DNA of 64,000 nt from Trichosphaerium sp. ATCC 40318 (taxonomy: Eukaryota > Protista > Tubulinea), in NCBI GenBank assembly GCA_038496445.1, contig JALMLS010000540.1, forward strand, positions 62,001-126,000. Direction: 5' to 3'. Shown here piece by piece: positions 12,522-26,834 of the stretch; within the stretch, counting starts at the first letter, position 1, and every line of letters begins with the position of its first letter. Position numbers and translations under genes: made by a program. The notes under the pieces are model-generated. The model had not been told where the DNA came from, did not search any database, and saw nothing but the letters and a program-made list of their open reading frames with translations.

Positions 12522-15500
12522 ATGGCGCTTGAACCGTTGTCTGTGGATGTATTGGTAAGCTTCGTTTCATATTTATAGCATTACAAACCGTTAATCGCTA
12601 GTACGATGTAAATGTGCATTATAACGACGGCAAACATCACACAAGCTTTGAGACGCCAGCCAATACAACGATAGTACGTTTAAAGCAAGAAATAAAAAAA
12701 GAAGCATTAGAATGTCTTGGCACGCATATACATTGATTCATTCATGCGTTGTAACGTTACATAGATGAAACAATTGATTTTGGACCAAGATCACATTCAT
12801 TAAAAATAACAGGAGGCTCATGGCTAGATTCACGTACAGACAACACAACGCTTGAAGAATTACTATATCTCAACGACAAACTATTAACGACACCTGAAAC
12901 AAAACCGTCTATACAATTTTGGGTGTATGACAGAGAACGTGAGTCTAAGTTTGATGCATTGAAACGGTAGCACAAACCCAAAACTGATCTTTACGTAGTG
13001 ACTAAAAAAGTCAAACAAGTTGATATCCACGTGGGTGGGCTTATATGTACCAATATCGCAATGGTTTGGACCCATAAAGATGTAAGATTATGAACAACAC
13101 CAAAGTTTATTAACAGGCCTATATCTTAAAACCATTAATGACTGTTATTTTTAGGAGGAAGTGAACCACTTTAGGCGAAGAATGTCTAACGTACGAAGAA
13201 CACTAAGAACTTCACAACAATACATCACACAAGGTACTTCTTGCTTAAAACTTTTGCATATGATTAACTCTTCTTATAATACAGATGGTCTTGATGTTCC
13301 TGTGAACTATAACGAGGATATCAAACACGTGCCTAAAGAGATTTTAGCTCGGGTTCATGTATGTTCCATGGAATCTCATGTAGCTCAACGTGCTATTAAA
13401 CCACAAGAAACGGCTGAAGGATTCTTGAAAAATGAACTTGGGAGGCTTTCTTCGAGGGTTAATTGGAGACCACCGTCTGGTGCGCACGTGGTATTGAAAG
13501 AAGCTGTTTCAGGAGATTTCTTAGTTGGTGCGAAAGAAACAAAGTAGCCACTAATTTTTTGCTGAAACAGTGCAGGACCTGTAGAGTTGATTAAGTTCTC
13601 TTGTATCCAGGATTGTATATCTAATAATGTTCAACCTATATTGAGTATAGAGATTGATCCTTTTACTGGTAGAGACAACGTTTTATTCGTTCCTCCTGAC
13701 GAGGTATGTTCAATTTTTTTGGGCTTCATTTCTATTTTGCGGAGTGTGCTTATTGTGTTGGTAGCGTCATGAAATTAAATGTTCTATATCTAACAGACGA
13801 CACGATGAAATATCGATAAAAAATACAGATTGGCAAGATATGACAGTGATTTCTTCTTTTGATATAAAACGAGCAATCACCTTTGGTATCCTTAATATTG
13901 AAAATATCCAAAAACTTCCAGAAGGAATTGACGTTACCAAAGTAGCTGTAACATGCGATATTTATGCTGGTAAGTTCGAAGTTTCATACGCTAATGTAAT
14001 AACCTTGTTATAGGAAGAACGATGTTATCTCAGCCATGGCAGTCATCAGCGAAGAGAATTAAAAATACTATTTTCAATGAAAACAGAAGTATCAACATTG
14101 AACTCCAAAATGTCCCTCGGGTACACACACTCTAAGTTAGTTATTTGCACGCATCTAATATTTTTATTAGGAGAGTATTCTTGTTTTTAAGGTACTCTCT
14201 ATACGCTCAGGAAGGCCTGAACGTGCCATTTGGGTAGGCCAATGTCCCATGTTTAAGTACAACAACGAACTAATCACTGGGATACAAAGGGTTTCTTTGT
14301 GGCCTGGTATGCTTTTGTTAATATAACAACAAAATCACCTCTTTATTATTAGTCTAATATACCCAAGCGGATAAATTTACGGAGGTTGGCGCAGATGTTG
14401 AAGTTGATATGTGTTTACCTAAAAATGATGTATCCAGAAAAGCACCAGTTCTTCTTGTTCAAATGCCAGTTTATAGTAACCCTGTTGTATTTACAAAAAC
14501 TTCTAATGTGATGGGTAAGCATAAGCACAGTTCGTTCACGAACATATATCAGTTTAACATAACTCGGTAGAAACACGAACATGTGCGCTTACATCGAATG
14601 AAGAAAAAGAGATAAATCGAATCATTCGAACAGGTTTGCTGCCTATTGTCTTAAATCAGCTAAATTATTTTAGATCCACTGTATGAATTGTCTACACCAG
14701 AGAAACAACTATTATGGAGATCTAAATCAATCCTTGTGTTCAGACCAAAGGCAACATAGTTTTCTTATTTAAGGTTTACTTATTGATTCCTTTTGTAGGC
14801 TTTGCCAAAGTTCATCCAAGCTGTACCTAAAGGTGAAAAACAAGCGAAAACACTATTACATTCTCTTATTACAAAATGGGCACAAATATCAATAAGTGAT
14901 GCACTGCAGGTAACCCCGTAGCAACGCTTTTTTTTTAATATGTAACAACTTCGATACTTATCTTTTAATAGTTATTGACGTTCAAGTACCAAGATCCATA
15001 CGTTCGTGCACATGCTATAAAGAATCTAGAGAGATTAAATAACGAGGAACTACTCGATTATTTACTACCACTTGTCACTGTACGACGTCGTTAGCGGAAA
15101 TTTCTTGTTCCTAAACCGTTCGTAAAGGCGTTGAAATATGAACTGTATCATGACTCTCCCCTGGCCCAATTTCTACTCACGCGAGCTCTACAAGATAAGA
15201 AAATAGGCCATCGATTCTTTTGGCACTTGAAAGCTGATATGCATGATGCACTAGTAGCAACAAGATACAAGCTTTTGTTAGATGGTATCATCGTTTCTTA
15301 TAATTTTCTCATTTATTGTTCTCACAAGTTTATTGTAGCGTTTCTGCGAGGTTGTGGTCCGGCACGTGCTTCCTATTATATGCAAGACGAGATGCAACGA
15401 TTGTTTATCGGACTGGCGAACACAGTAATCAAAGAGCCAGAGCAAAAAAATAGGACACCTCTTCTTCGAGATTTACTAGCCAAAACTCAACTGCCTTCTA

Positions 15501-16780
15501 AGTTTCAGTATCCATTAGATCCCAGGTGACTTCTTTGATCGCATACAGATTTCAATCTAACAACAAACATAGCGTTTGGATGAGTTCGTTGAATGTCAGA
15601 AAGTGTAAGGTTATGAATTCGAAAAAGGTAATCAGCTTCTATTTGTTTTTTTCCTAGTTCATTAAACTCTATTAGGCGCCTTTATGGCTTGATTTGAATA
15701 ACTCATTTTCAAAGAACACCGAGAAGTATATGTTTAAGAGTGGTGACGATCTGAGACAAGATATGATAACTCTTCAACTCCTGAGGATTATGGATAAGGT
15801 AAGTATTGACAACACTGAACCTAGCTTTATCAATTCTTTAAATCTTGTAGCTTTGGAAATCTGCTGGCATGGACCTTTGCCTTACTTTTTATGATTGTCT
15901 TGCTACTGGGAACGAAATAGGAATATTAGAGCTTGTCAGGGATTCGGAGACTATTGAAACAATCACAGGATCTGTCACGGCTGCGTTTAGTGATAATTAT
16001 ATAAGAAGATATTTAAAGAGCAAACATCCAAACGCTGAGAGTTATGCTGTAGCTGAAGAGAACTTTATTCAGTCTTGTGCTGGATACTGTGTTTTTTCGT
16101 ATATTCTTGGTATTGGAGATCGCCACAATGGTAAGAAAAGAGAAAAGACGTCCTAAAATCCAGTATTGTATTTTGTGTTTTTTACATTTCTTTTGTTTAA
16201 GGTAACTTGATGATGAACAAGAACGGAAAGTTTTTTCACATTGATTTCGGACACTTTTTGGGTCACAAAAAGAGTGTAAGATTGGGCGTTGTGAATTTTA
16301 ACAGGTACGGACTTGCCTTTTTAGTTCTTTTTGAAACTCATCTTTTTTTTTCAATAACAGAGAACGGACGCCGTTTGTTTGTACTCCTGCATTCTGTGGT
16401 GTCATTGGACGAGAAGATTCTCCAAATTTCAAAAGGTTTACTACTTTATGCTGCGATGCTTACAACGTTATTCGTCACAATTCTGGGTTGATCATATCCT
16501 TGTTTGAATTGGTACAAGAGCACAAACCTCCTTTTTTTTTGCGCTTTTTTCTTTTGGTCTTGTTATCAATATCACATGGCTAAACTTGCATTAGATGCTT
16601 GCTACTGGTATACCAGAGCTACACAGGGATAGTATAAAGTATTTACAGCATGCATTGTCCCTTGAGCTGAGCGACAAGCAAGCTTCTCAGAAATTTAATA
16701 ATTTGATGGTTAAGACGATACGTAGCTATTTTAAATTGTTTGATGACGCCATACGCATTGCGTCCCGTTTATATAATTAA
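12522..16780 (+). CDS. class I phosphatidylinositol 3-kinase (RBD, C2, helical and kinase domains); multi-exon
   Basis: ALKYELYHDSPLAQFLLTRAL, IGHRFFWHLK, MNSKKAPLWL, FKSGDDLRQDMITLQ, SCAGYCVFSYILGIGDRHN, FHIDFGHFLG. Confidence 0.95.
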
Positions 16781-18026
16781 GTTTGTAGGCCGTTAATAAA
16801 GAAGAACAAAGTTGTTTGCTCATTTTTTCCCAAGAGTTTTCCAGTCGTATTTACAAGAGCCTCGGAGAGCTCTTATTAGGTGAGAAACTTGGATAGATAT
16901 CCTCCAAAAACGGTGAGAATACAAAGCACACAATGTATGAACGAACGCCCGGAAATGTTATGTGAGTGCGTGTCAAGGGAACGTTAATTTAAAGAGATCA
17001 TTTTAAAGCGTAGACTTTGTTTAGGGCACGGTTGGTGGCAGTGTTTGAGTCGACCACGAAAGTAACACTCACAGTGAATAGGAATGAGCGCTAGCATTTG
17101 AGTCTCCCAAAGTGAACTACAAGCGTAGTCCCCGAAACCCTTCTTTGTGGTAAACAAAGCGTAAAAGCTCCGCCAAATGGTAACGCGCAGTGCTAAGCAC
17201 GAGCTAAAAAACCGAGACCCTTTCACACTTTTTAATACGAAGTGAAAAAGTTGGGTCGCAACGCTTTTTCTTGTATATTTTTTTTCTGACGTTAGAATTT
17301 ATTATGTTTGGTAGGATTATATTCTAGATATAGCTCACAATATATTACAACGCATCACAAAGATGAGAGATTAAGAAACGTGATTTGAAACGTCAGAAGT
17401 ACCAAAAAGAAAAAAAACCCGAATATCCTCGCTTTCTTCAAAACTACAGGTTCCTTCGACGCAAGAAAGATTACACTTAATTAAGACGTTGGTGAATGGG
17501 AGACGTTTGGGCACTTCTGGTATTTTTTTTTTTTTGATGGGCGGACAAAAATAAAAAAATTGCGTGGATTTTACGGCGATTTTGTACATCGTATGCACGG
17601 TACATTTAACAAGTGGTATTTTAAACACACTAGTTAACACACAAAACGAAAAAAAAAGTGTGCGACAGGCGAAAAAAAAAAAAAAAAGGAGAAAATGATT
17701 GGTTGGAATGTAGCTCGTCAACATATAATATGTTACCAATATGAAGTATTAGACTAAAAAGGTTAATGTTAAAGCAATAATATTATGAACATTTTAGAGC
17801 TACTAGTCGGAGTTGAAAAAAAAACATCGGTAGGTGAAAACATTTTCCTAATAATTTCTGCGGAAAAAGGTCATTTTTCAGTTTGACGCATGTTGAAAAA
17901 ACAAAATTAGCGTAACAAGTTTCAAAAAGTTTAAACAATAAAAGTCTTAACAGGCCATTAACACCTACTTCTACAAAAAACCGAAAAAAAAAGAACCAGC
18001 GTGGTGAATAACAGGACATATAAACA

Positions 18027-20633
18027 ATGAGTGACAATAAGGAACACAACGTGTACGACACACAGTCCCCAAAGCTTTTGATTGGAAACCATAGCACAGT
18101 TTTTGCAGCTAACCGGTGAATGTGCATTTTCCAATCACATGTATGTGATAGGCGTGTGCATCCAGTGGTTAGCGATAATGATATTGCTTGGTAACCTCGT
18201 TTTCAAACGTCTTTACATTTTTTCACGTGTTCCGGTAGTATATCCACTCCCTTACCGCCTGAACCGTCTCGCACTGACTGTGTCATGTCGACCAACAGGC
18301 ACATGTCCTTTTTTTTTTAAATACATTAAAAATCACCTTCTTACTCTTTTAATTTAGCTGCTGTACGTATACCTTACAACCTCCCTTGTTTTTTTTTGAA
18401 GATTAGAGGATACAAATAAATAAAACAAGTATTACAAAATCTTTATCTCTTCTAAACATTATACAGGTCATCACTGCCGTATATCTCGTAACAGGAAGAG
18501 AAAAAAGTACGTTTTAAAAACCTGAACATTCAACGCTTTTTTTTTTGATGTTTAAAGCTAAATAAAAACGTTTATCACGTGCTAATAACGGTATTTAGGT
18601 ATGTCCCATACCTAGGTAAGTACAATCAAAGAGAACTCGCAAGTTCTTTTCTTCAAACTCTTACGGGGTACTGTGAATCGCTTGTTAATCATTGTTACTA
18701 TAGGTTGCAGCTACTGCCCGAACGTATACTGTTACAGCGTACGCCTATTCAAAAAACAAAAGTTTGAAGCTGTAAAACATTTAAACCTTTGATTTTATGT
18801 TTGTAACTTTGAATTCCGACCTCTTACGTTTACTAGTGCGTTGTGAACCACCTACACCTCAACTTCGAAGAAACCTTGGCTGATCCTAACTGGCGTTGTC
18901 CTCCATGTCGCGAACAGTGTTGTTGTTGTCGTACAGGTACGTTTCGGCGGCAATTACGCCCAATTACTGCATATTTCTTTTTTCTTCACAAAATACTTAA
19001 AAAACCGTTTCTAAACACGTGATTTGTAATTTCGCATCCGAAACTCGTTTTTTGTATTGTTTTTCCGTGTGTTAACTATTCTCTTCTGTCAGAGTGTGGG
19101 CTTAATCATAGGCATTGTTTCACGTACACTCGTACTAAAAAACGGTACGAAAAGGCGAGGCAATGGAAAATGCATCAACAAATTTCGTCTATCCAAGACG
19201 GTCGCGGAGGCCCTCCACCAATGCCTGAGAGTCATCCTTCTCAAGGTGTACCTCTTCCAAATCCTGGTCAAGGTGTAGGATCGTCCTATAATTCGCCACT
19301 ACTCAAGAGACCTAGAGCACATGATGTACGACATCGACGTTTTATGTTTTAAATTTGTTTTAACGTTAATTTCTTTCCCGCCTTCAACGGTTTTACTCAC
19401 GTGGGTTTTTTAAAGCAAACAAATGATGATTTATCAAGCGTCGCCTCTCCTAATAAGAGACCACGTATTTACGATCCAATAGTGCCAGGCAGGCAACAGC
19501 AGCAACGTACGGACCATTAGTTTCTGATCTTCAAAAGGAAAAAAAAAAGGCTAAACTGTTTTTTTATTTTAGTTCATGTTCCTCGTCGGCGTGGTGCTTT
19601 ACCTGGTATTGGTAGTTACGGATTACTACCTTCTGAGAATGCGTATGTTCCGGACAGATTCAAAAGCTGGGACTCCCCTTCACCAGACCTTTTGAATTTG
19701 ATGAGATCTTCTGCGGAGATTACAGGGTACTTAAACGAAACTCTTTCTTGTAAAACTTTTCTAACTTGTTCGTATTTATAGAAATAACACTCGATTCTCA
19801 TCGTACATTCCACCTAAACCAGAAAATCCTCATGGCCCAGATTTTTCTATGATGGGTCATCCTCAAGCTAAATACGGGTAAGCATTGAAAACCGTGATGA
19901 AATTGTTTTTTTTGCTTTCGTTTTTATTCGCGTTTTTGTTGATTCCTTAGCACAACGCGTAAATTTATTTTTTACGAAATTTGAACCTTTATTTTATTAA
20001 CTACAACAATGTTGTTCAATATTGATCGTACAAGATCAAAAACACTTTGTAAAAAACCCGAAAAGCGACATTTTCTTAGGTTTCCTTTTTGAAATTTTTT
20101 TTGTTTCGCTTTGTTTTACCCTTCCTTTCTTCAGTCTTGCTGAATACTTTTTTTGATACAGCGACCCAAGCATGTATAGCCCAGTGCTACCTGAAGTAGC
20201 TAATCACCCGCAAGCGCATCATTATCCAACAGCAGAAAGTGTGTTGCCTCTTCATAATCAACCGCTTCATCAGCCTCAACTTCAAAATCCTGGCATGCAC
20301 AGTCAGCTTCGTGGTCATCCTCACCAACGTCCTCCTCAACACCATCCGCAGTCGCATCAACCGCATGCATCTCATCCGCCACCACATCAAACACACCAAC
20401 CACATCAGCCACACCAGGCGCATCCTCCACACCCTCCACAACCACACCCAACCGAACAAAATGCTCTTCAAAGCATAGAAGTTCTTGTACAGGCACCGGA
20501 TAAGCATGATAAGCAACCACAGCAACCAAATCAACAGCAAGCGAGTCAACAACAACAGCAAAATACTAAGCCACAGCAGTCAGGTGCAGTTGAAGCAACT
20601 GTAATACAGGTAGATACCACAAAGACAATTTAA
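18027..20633 (+). CDS. zf-4CXXC_R1-like zinc-finger protein with P/H/Q-rich C-terminal tail; multi-exon, start uncertain
   Basis: Spliced product CHHCRISR...GCSYCPNVYCYSC...WRCPPCREQCCCCR...HRHC; low-complexity last exon 20172..20633. Confidence 0.75.
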
Positions 20634-21398
20634 GTTTTTATTTCACCAAAAAACCCCTTGTTTTTTCTTTATATTTCTATGTGACAAGACGCAGGCTCTG
20701 TTGCTTTTTTTTATGTCTAATTTCAGAAAGTTTGACCTTAAATGTTTGTCCTAGCGTAAGCGGTTTAATCCCTTGTTTAAGGAAGAGCCTGAAGGTACTA
20801 CAAATGCGCGTAACACAGAGCGTAATAAAAGTCAAAAACCTGCCACACAACCTGAACCAGAGAGAGGCAGTTTGGAGCTTCTCAACAACAACCAGTATTA
20901 CAACAACGAACCAAAACCAACAGGCCAACAACATTAACCTTTATTTTAAAAAGAAGGTCATGACGCATTTCACAGCCCCAAGAAAACAGTAATTTTAGAA
21001 AATAAACAATGATTAAATAATAAATTCAAACAACAAAAAATGGTTTCAGCGAAATTGTAAAATCTATTTGTACCACTACAGCACAAGTCATAAAACACAT
21101 TTCTATTGGCAGGTGATTGAAAATTGTGTGTTGAGTTGTTCAAGTCACGAATACAATTTCTCCTTTTAGCACTCGACACGTGTTCTGAGTTTAACTTGCT
21201 TGCACTAAAGGAAAGAAATCTTCTAGACACTTAATTGTACTTCGTGTACAACTACAAATATCTTACTCCGTCAGTCAGTGAGAGAAGTTGTTTTCGTCCT
21301 AAAATAGATTTTGTGCTTTTTGTACGTCACGAAATCACAAAAGATTTGTTCCCAGCTTTTATTTTCCAAACAACGAGTTGTTACGGTAAACACCGAAC

Positions 21399-23913
21399 AT
21401 GTTACGATTTTTTTTCGCGTTGTTCATTTACTTGGCAGTGGTGAGAGGTAAATTAAAACGTCTAAACAAAAAAATATCCAAACATAAACCCACGTGATAT
21501 TAGGCAATGAATACAAAGCTCGCATGCTTCCTGGTGTTATATCTTATGATTTATGCTCTGACAATAAAATATACCCTCCTGGTAACGCAACAGGGTTTGA
21601 CATGTTATTACACTTCAATATATTCTTCACACGTAAGCAAACCAACAAACAAAATTGGAAAAGAAACAAAAAACGTTCGAAAAAGCTTTTAACTCTTCTC
21701 TTCAGTAGGCGCTTTACCTGGCGTTCCAAGTATCCCTAAAAACATTTTTTTCTTTGAGTGGGCTCGTCTGTCTTTACGTGTTTCGAATACGAGTAATAAC
21801 GAAGATGCTTCTGGTTCATTGTATACTATGAAAACTTCTTGGTCAGAGAGTACCACGTGGGAATCTTTTCCTGACGATAAAGGCCCTGGTATTATTAAAA
21901 TTCCCATCCCAAACCGTTGGAAGCGAAGCAGTAACCCTGTATCTAGTTGCTGGTGAACACTATGATTCTGGAATGACAGGATCTTATTCTGGCATTAAAA
22001 AAGGACAATATGCTAATATGACCATTACTAGCACTATTAGGGAATGGAATAATTTTTTCGTTCCTGTAGAGAACAGAGGTTGGCTTATTAAGCAAGGTAA
22101 GATAAGGAAAAATAGTTTGTCAGCCTTTATGACCTGCGGTGAATAGAACGAGCATAGCTTAGTGAATATTTGTGGATACAAAAGAGTCACTTTTTGTTGT
22201 CGGTTTTACATTATTGAAGTACTTAGTGTAAATCGTAGGTATCAATGCCCATGAGTTTTATTCGTGTGATTCTATGTATCCGCCTTCAATTACAGCAGCG
22301 TATAGCCCGGTAAGTTTGTTCGGTAGAACTCTTGAGCTAATTTGTACAACATACAAAGACCCACGTACGAAGTTAATGAGGATCAACATCTTTTCCTATT
22401 ATTTTCCATTCCTTTTTTACTTTTGCTTAACTAAACAAAGACCGTTTTTCTTCTATTCTTGTTTTCTTCTTTTTTGTAATATTTCTACTAGTTGGCGAGC
22501 TACCTTACCTAGAACCTTTCATTGCTTATACTCGCATTTGTTTTTACTGCAGTGCACCTCAATTAGTCTCAGATTATATACGAGATTTAGCTCGAGATGA
22601 TGGCTATGCTATTGTGAACGGAGTCAATGTCTTGATGGAAGGGCAACAACCTATCCCAATGACGGATTGTACGTGTTTGCTAGCTACACCATACCAAAAT
22701 ATAGCGATTTAATAATCTATTAGTTGGATTTTGCCTCTCTGTTCCGCCTAACTTAAACACAACACATCTGAACGTTCGTCTCGGGTAGGGTTTCCTAATT
22801 GGTTCTTCTTTTTTTTTCCAGAATTAACGAAAGAGCATCTGCCTATTTCCATCCTTTCATTCTTGTTCACAGTATTATTAGTGGCACTTTTAGTTTTGAC
22901 ATTGGTGTAGATGCTCTTCCGTACACAACATTACTCCCGGATCAGATAGGTAGGCTTATCTTGTTACGTATTACGGCTCTGTAGATGTTTGTTGGCGTTT
23001 TTTTTTGATGAAGTGTTTGTTTGGATTTATTTACAAACAATTATTTTTAGGGTGCCAGACTTTTAGCTGTGAAAATGATACAGTCAATATAAACGGTACT
23101 CTTGATGGTCAAATAATAATAGGAGATGCTATATTAGTAAGAAGTGATCTAATAGTTAATGGAAACTTCACTGTGTTAGGTATGAAAACGCTTGTTGTCG
23201 TTTGCAGTTAAAACACATTTCACAAGAATTTGGGCGAAGATTTTTGAAAGAAACTTCTATTCACGTGATTAATTTTACTCCAAGGAGCAATCACTATTGA
23301 GTCAAGTGAGACAAACCTCAATATTAAAGGATGTTTAGATGCGACAAATGGTGTTAACATACAATTGAAGAACAATGAAACGTATGTTCAAGGTCAAAGA
23401 ATAATTGAGATAGTAACACCATGTGATGTTGAGGTAAGTCAACAAACACTGAATTTAAGTTTTATTTTACCTTACACCCACCTTTCTTGTAGAATACCAC
23501 TTTCTCTCTAATTGGTGGAAACACGGATGTACGTTCATTTTTATTCTTTTGGTTATGTCTGTGAATATAAACACAAGTATTGTATAGGATGAGTGTTCAG
23601 AGTTAAGAGCTAAAAAGACAAGAACATCAAGTGGCATTGCTCTTACTATTGCAATTGATACAAGCGGTTGTGGTGGTAGCTCTTCTTCATCGTCATCAAC
23701 CCAGGGTAATACTTTAGTAATTGTACTACCAGCAGTTTTTGCTTCTGTAGTTGTTCTGGCATTGGTAGTAACGGCAGTGATGTACTTTATTAGGTACCTT
23801 GGATTTCTTTTTGCAACTTTATTCTTCTCTACCTCTTATTAATTGTGATTTTTAGGTGGCGTAGGTTTCACTCACTCCCGGCATTTATTACATCATGGTC
23901 ATCATGGTCTTAA
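21399..23913 (+). CDS. single-pass surface protein, tandem copy A (DNRLRE/CBM96-like head, stalk, TM); multi-exon
   Basis: Signal peptide; ARLSLRV...WSESTTW...IREWN...NRGWLIK...FYSCDS.YPPSITAAY; stalk IVNGNFTV...LNIKGC; TM LVIVLPAVFASVVVLALVVTAVMYFI; stop at 23911-23913. Confidence 0.8.
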
Positions 23914-24571
23914 CTTGAAGTTGTGAAAGCCTTTTTTTTTAAGCAATAAAAGCAAGCCAACTCAAAACATTGATAGTTGACTGTTATTAAAAAGAAGAGT
24001 TTGAAGCACTCTTCGCTTCTGCCTCAACAAAGGTAGTTGATAGACGTGAATTTTTGTGCCTGTGTTGGTATTCTATGATGTTACTTTATTCCCTGTACAA
24101 AAACGTTCACTATTTACATGTACAAATATGCGCAAACCATACGGATGGAACGCAATTTGTTGTATATCTAAGTATTACTAGCATTGGTCCCGATGAGGTA
24201 ACTAGCGACGAATACAAACTTGTTTCGCCAACATATAGTCACGTGCTCAAAGTGGTTTTTTTTCCGTGTCAATACGAGCGGCTATGATCAAGAAGGTGGA
24301 GTTATGCAGTTTACTTTTTATGCTGTACAACACTAATAGTACTCTACTAATGGTTGGGTGGCGTCATTAGGCTTTGTTTAAAAAGTCCTTCTATCTGCAT
24401 TCGAAATTCCGTTCGTAGTAACCGATTATAGAGCATCCAGGTGTCAGCATATCGCAGTATAATAGCTGTGACTTCATGTTAATCTTTTTAGTCCCGAAAA
24501 TCACACAAGATATATGTTCATCAACCTCGTTTTTTTTATTACCAAACGAGTTGTTACGATAAACACCACAG

Positions 24572-26834
24572 ATGTTACGACTGCTTTTAGTTTGTTTCAT
24601 TTGCTCAGCTGTCTTGAAAGGTAAAGTAGCCAATGAAACAAAATCCTGAAAACCCAATAACATGTTATTTATGTAGGTAATGAACACAAAGCTCGCTTTC
24701 TTCCTGGTAATAAAACTTATGATTTATGCTCTGATAATAAAATATACCTCCTGGTAACACAACAGGGTTTGACATGTTATTACACTTCAATTTATACGGC
24801 ACGGGATTCGCTAACGGTAAGTGGGACAAAGTTGGAACAGAAATAGCACTTTTATGTTTAAAATCTGCTAACAATTCGAACATAGACACATTACCCGTTG
24901 TAATCTTCCCAAAATTCCTTTTTACAATAGAGAGCGTGTATCTATCTTTACGTGTTTTGAATACGAGTAATAACGAAGACGCTTCTGGATCATTGTATGA
25001 TATGACAACTCGTTGGTCAGAAAATACCACGTGGGAATCTTTTCCTGACAATAAAGGCCCTGGTATTATTAAAATTCCCATCTCAAACCCCCTTTGAAAG
25101 AGAAGCAGTAACCCCGTATCTAGTTGCTGGTGAACACTATGATTCTGGAATGACAGGATCTTATTCTGGTATTAAAAAAGGACAATATGCTAATATAACT
25201 ATTACGAGTATCTCAGATTGGAATAGTCTTGATATCATAGCGACCAAAGGTTGGCTTATTAAGCAAGGTGAGGTGATGGTAAAAATTTTTGTACAGTGAA
25301 GCCTATACTCGAAGTCAACCTTAGCCTAGCGAATAATTTTAAACAAATGAACCTTACTATTTGTGAGCTGATTTTAATCACAGATAATACTCATGACTTT
25401 TATCCGTGTGACTCTAAGTATCCGCCTTCAATTACAGTGGCTTACAGACCTGTAAGTGAATATATAGGGATTAAAACCGAGCTGGATTGTGCAACGTACA
25501 AAGACCCACGTGCGAAGTTTTTATGAGTTAATCCTCAGCTGTCATTTACTGGTATTAAATTGTTGCTAGTTGGCGATATACCTTACCCAAAACCTTTCAT
25601 AGCGTATACACGTCTTTGCTTTTTCTGTGGTTTGTCGATTCCTTTACCTGGTTTAGTTTTAATAAGCGGCTATGGAACTATCAATGGCGCTGACGTCTAT
25701 TTTACAACTGTTCCACCTATTCCAAGCAAAGTGTGTATGTATCTTTTTTTATTCATTGCTTTGCTTTACCCTACCAATATGTAGCGATTTAATATTCTGT
25801 CACAGTTGGATACTGCTTCTCTGTTCCGCCTAATCTAAACGCAACACATCTGAATATTACCCTTGGGTATGGTCTTTCTGCCTTTTTCTTTTTCAAGATT
25901 TTAAAGTAACATCTTGTCTGTCCTTTTCAATCTTGTTCACATTTTTAGTGGCGTTTCTAGTGTTGAAATTGGTATAGATTCTCTTCCGTATACGAAATTA
26001 CTCCCAGATCAGATAGGTAGGCTTATCTTTAACTTACTACCGCACTCTTGTTTTGATGATTATTTTTAGGGTGCCAGACTTTTAGCTGTGAAAATGATAC
26101 AGTCAATATAAACGGTACTCTTGATGGTCAAATAGTAGGAGATGCTATATTAATAAGAAGTGATGTAACAATTGATGGAAACTTCACTGTGCTAGGTACA
26201 AAAAGAGCCTGAAAATATGACATTAATGTGCCTGGTAGGCGGAATCACTATTGAGTCAAATGACATAGTTTTGAACATTCAAGAATGTATGGAGGCGACA
26301 GATGGCGTTAACATACAATTGAACAATGAAACGTATGTTCAAGATCAAAGAATAATTGAGATATTAACACCATGTGATGTTGAAGTAAGTCAACAAACAC
26401 TGAATTTAAGTTTTATTTTACCTTACACCCACCTTCCTTGTAGAATACCACTTTCTCTCTAATTGGTGGAAACACGGATGTACGTTCATTTTTATTCTGC
26501 CAGTTATGTCTGTGAATATAAGCACAAGTATTGTAGGATGAGTGTTCAGAGTTAAGAGCTAAAAAGACAAGAACATCAATTGGCATTGCTCTTACTATTG
26601 CAGTTGATACAACTGGTTGTGGTGGTAGCTCTTCTTCATCGTCATCAACCCAGGGTAATACTTTAGTAATTGTACTACCAGCAGTTTTTGCTTCTGTAGT
26701 TGTTCTGGCATTGGTAGTAACGGCAGTGATGTACTTTATCAGGTACCAGTTGTAGATGAATCTTTACATTATTAATTGAATTTAGGTGGCGTAGGTTTCA
26801 CTCACTCCCAGCATTGTGGATGTCATGGTCTTAG
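24572..26834 (+). pseudogene. tandem copy B of the surface protein, with an apparent 1-nt frameshift in exon 2 (pseudogene or sequencing indel)
   Basis: Paralogous to 21399-23913 with near-matching exon structure. Copy A has ATACCCTCCTGGT where copy B has ATACCTCCTGGT (24747-24748); the shifted frame stops early in the next exon. Confidence 0.65.

Noticed and set aside
16900-17230. Relatively GC-rich intergenic stretch with small hairpins, a U3 box A-like GATCATTT, and a minus-strand LLRFVYHKEGFRGL fragment resembling a mitochondrial carrier
   Set aside because: No U3 C/D boxes, no RNase P/MRP or SRP signatures, and no Px[DE]xx[KR] motif or coherent splicing; no call is supportable.
20187-20561. 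Antisense and alternative-frame ORFs over low-complexity or repeat exons (also 41877-42323, 45964-46929, 53599-54048)
   Set aside because: They are shadow ORFs of the real coding frame, caused by biased codon composition.
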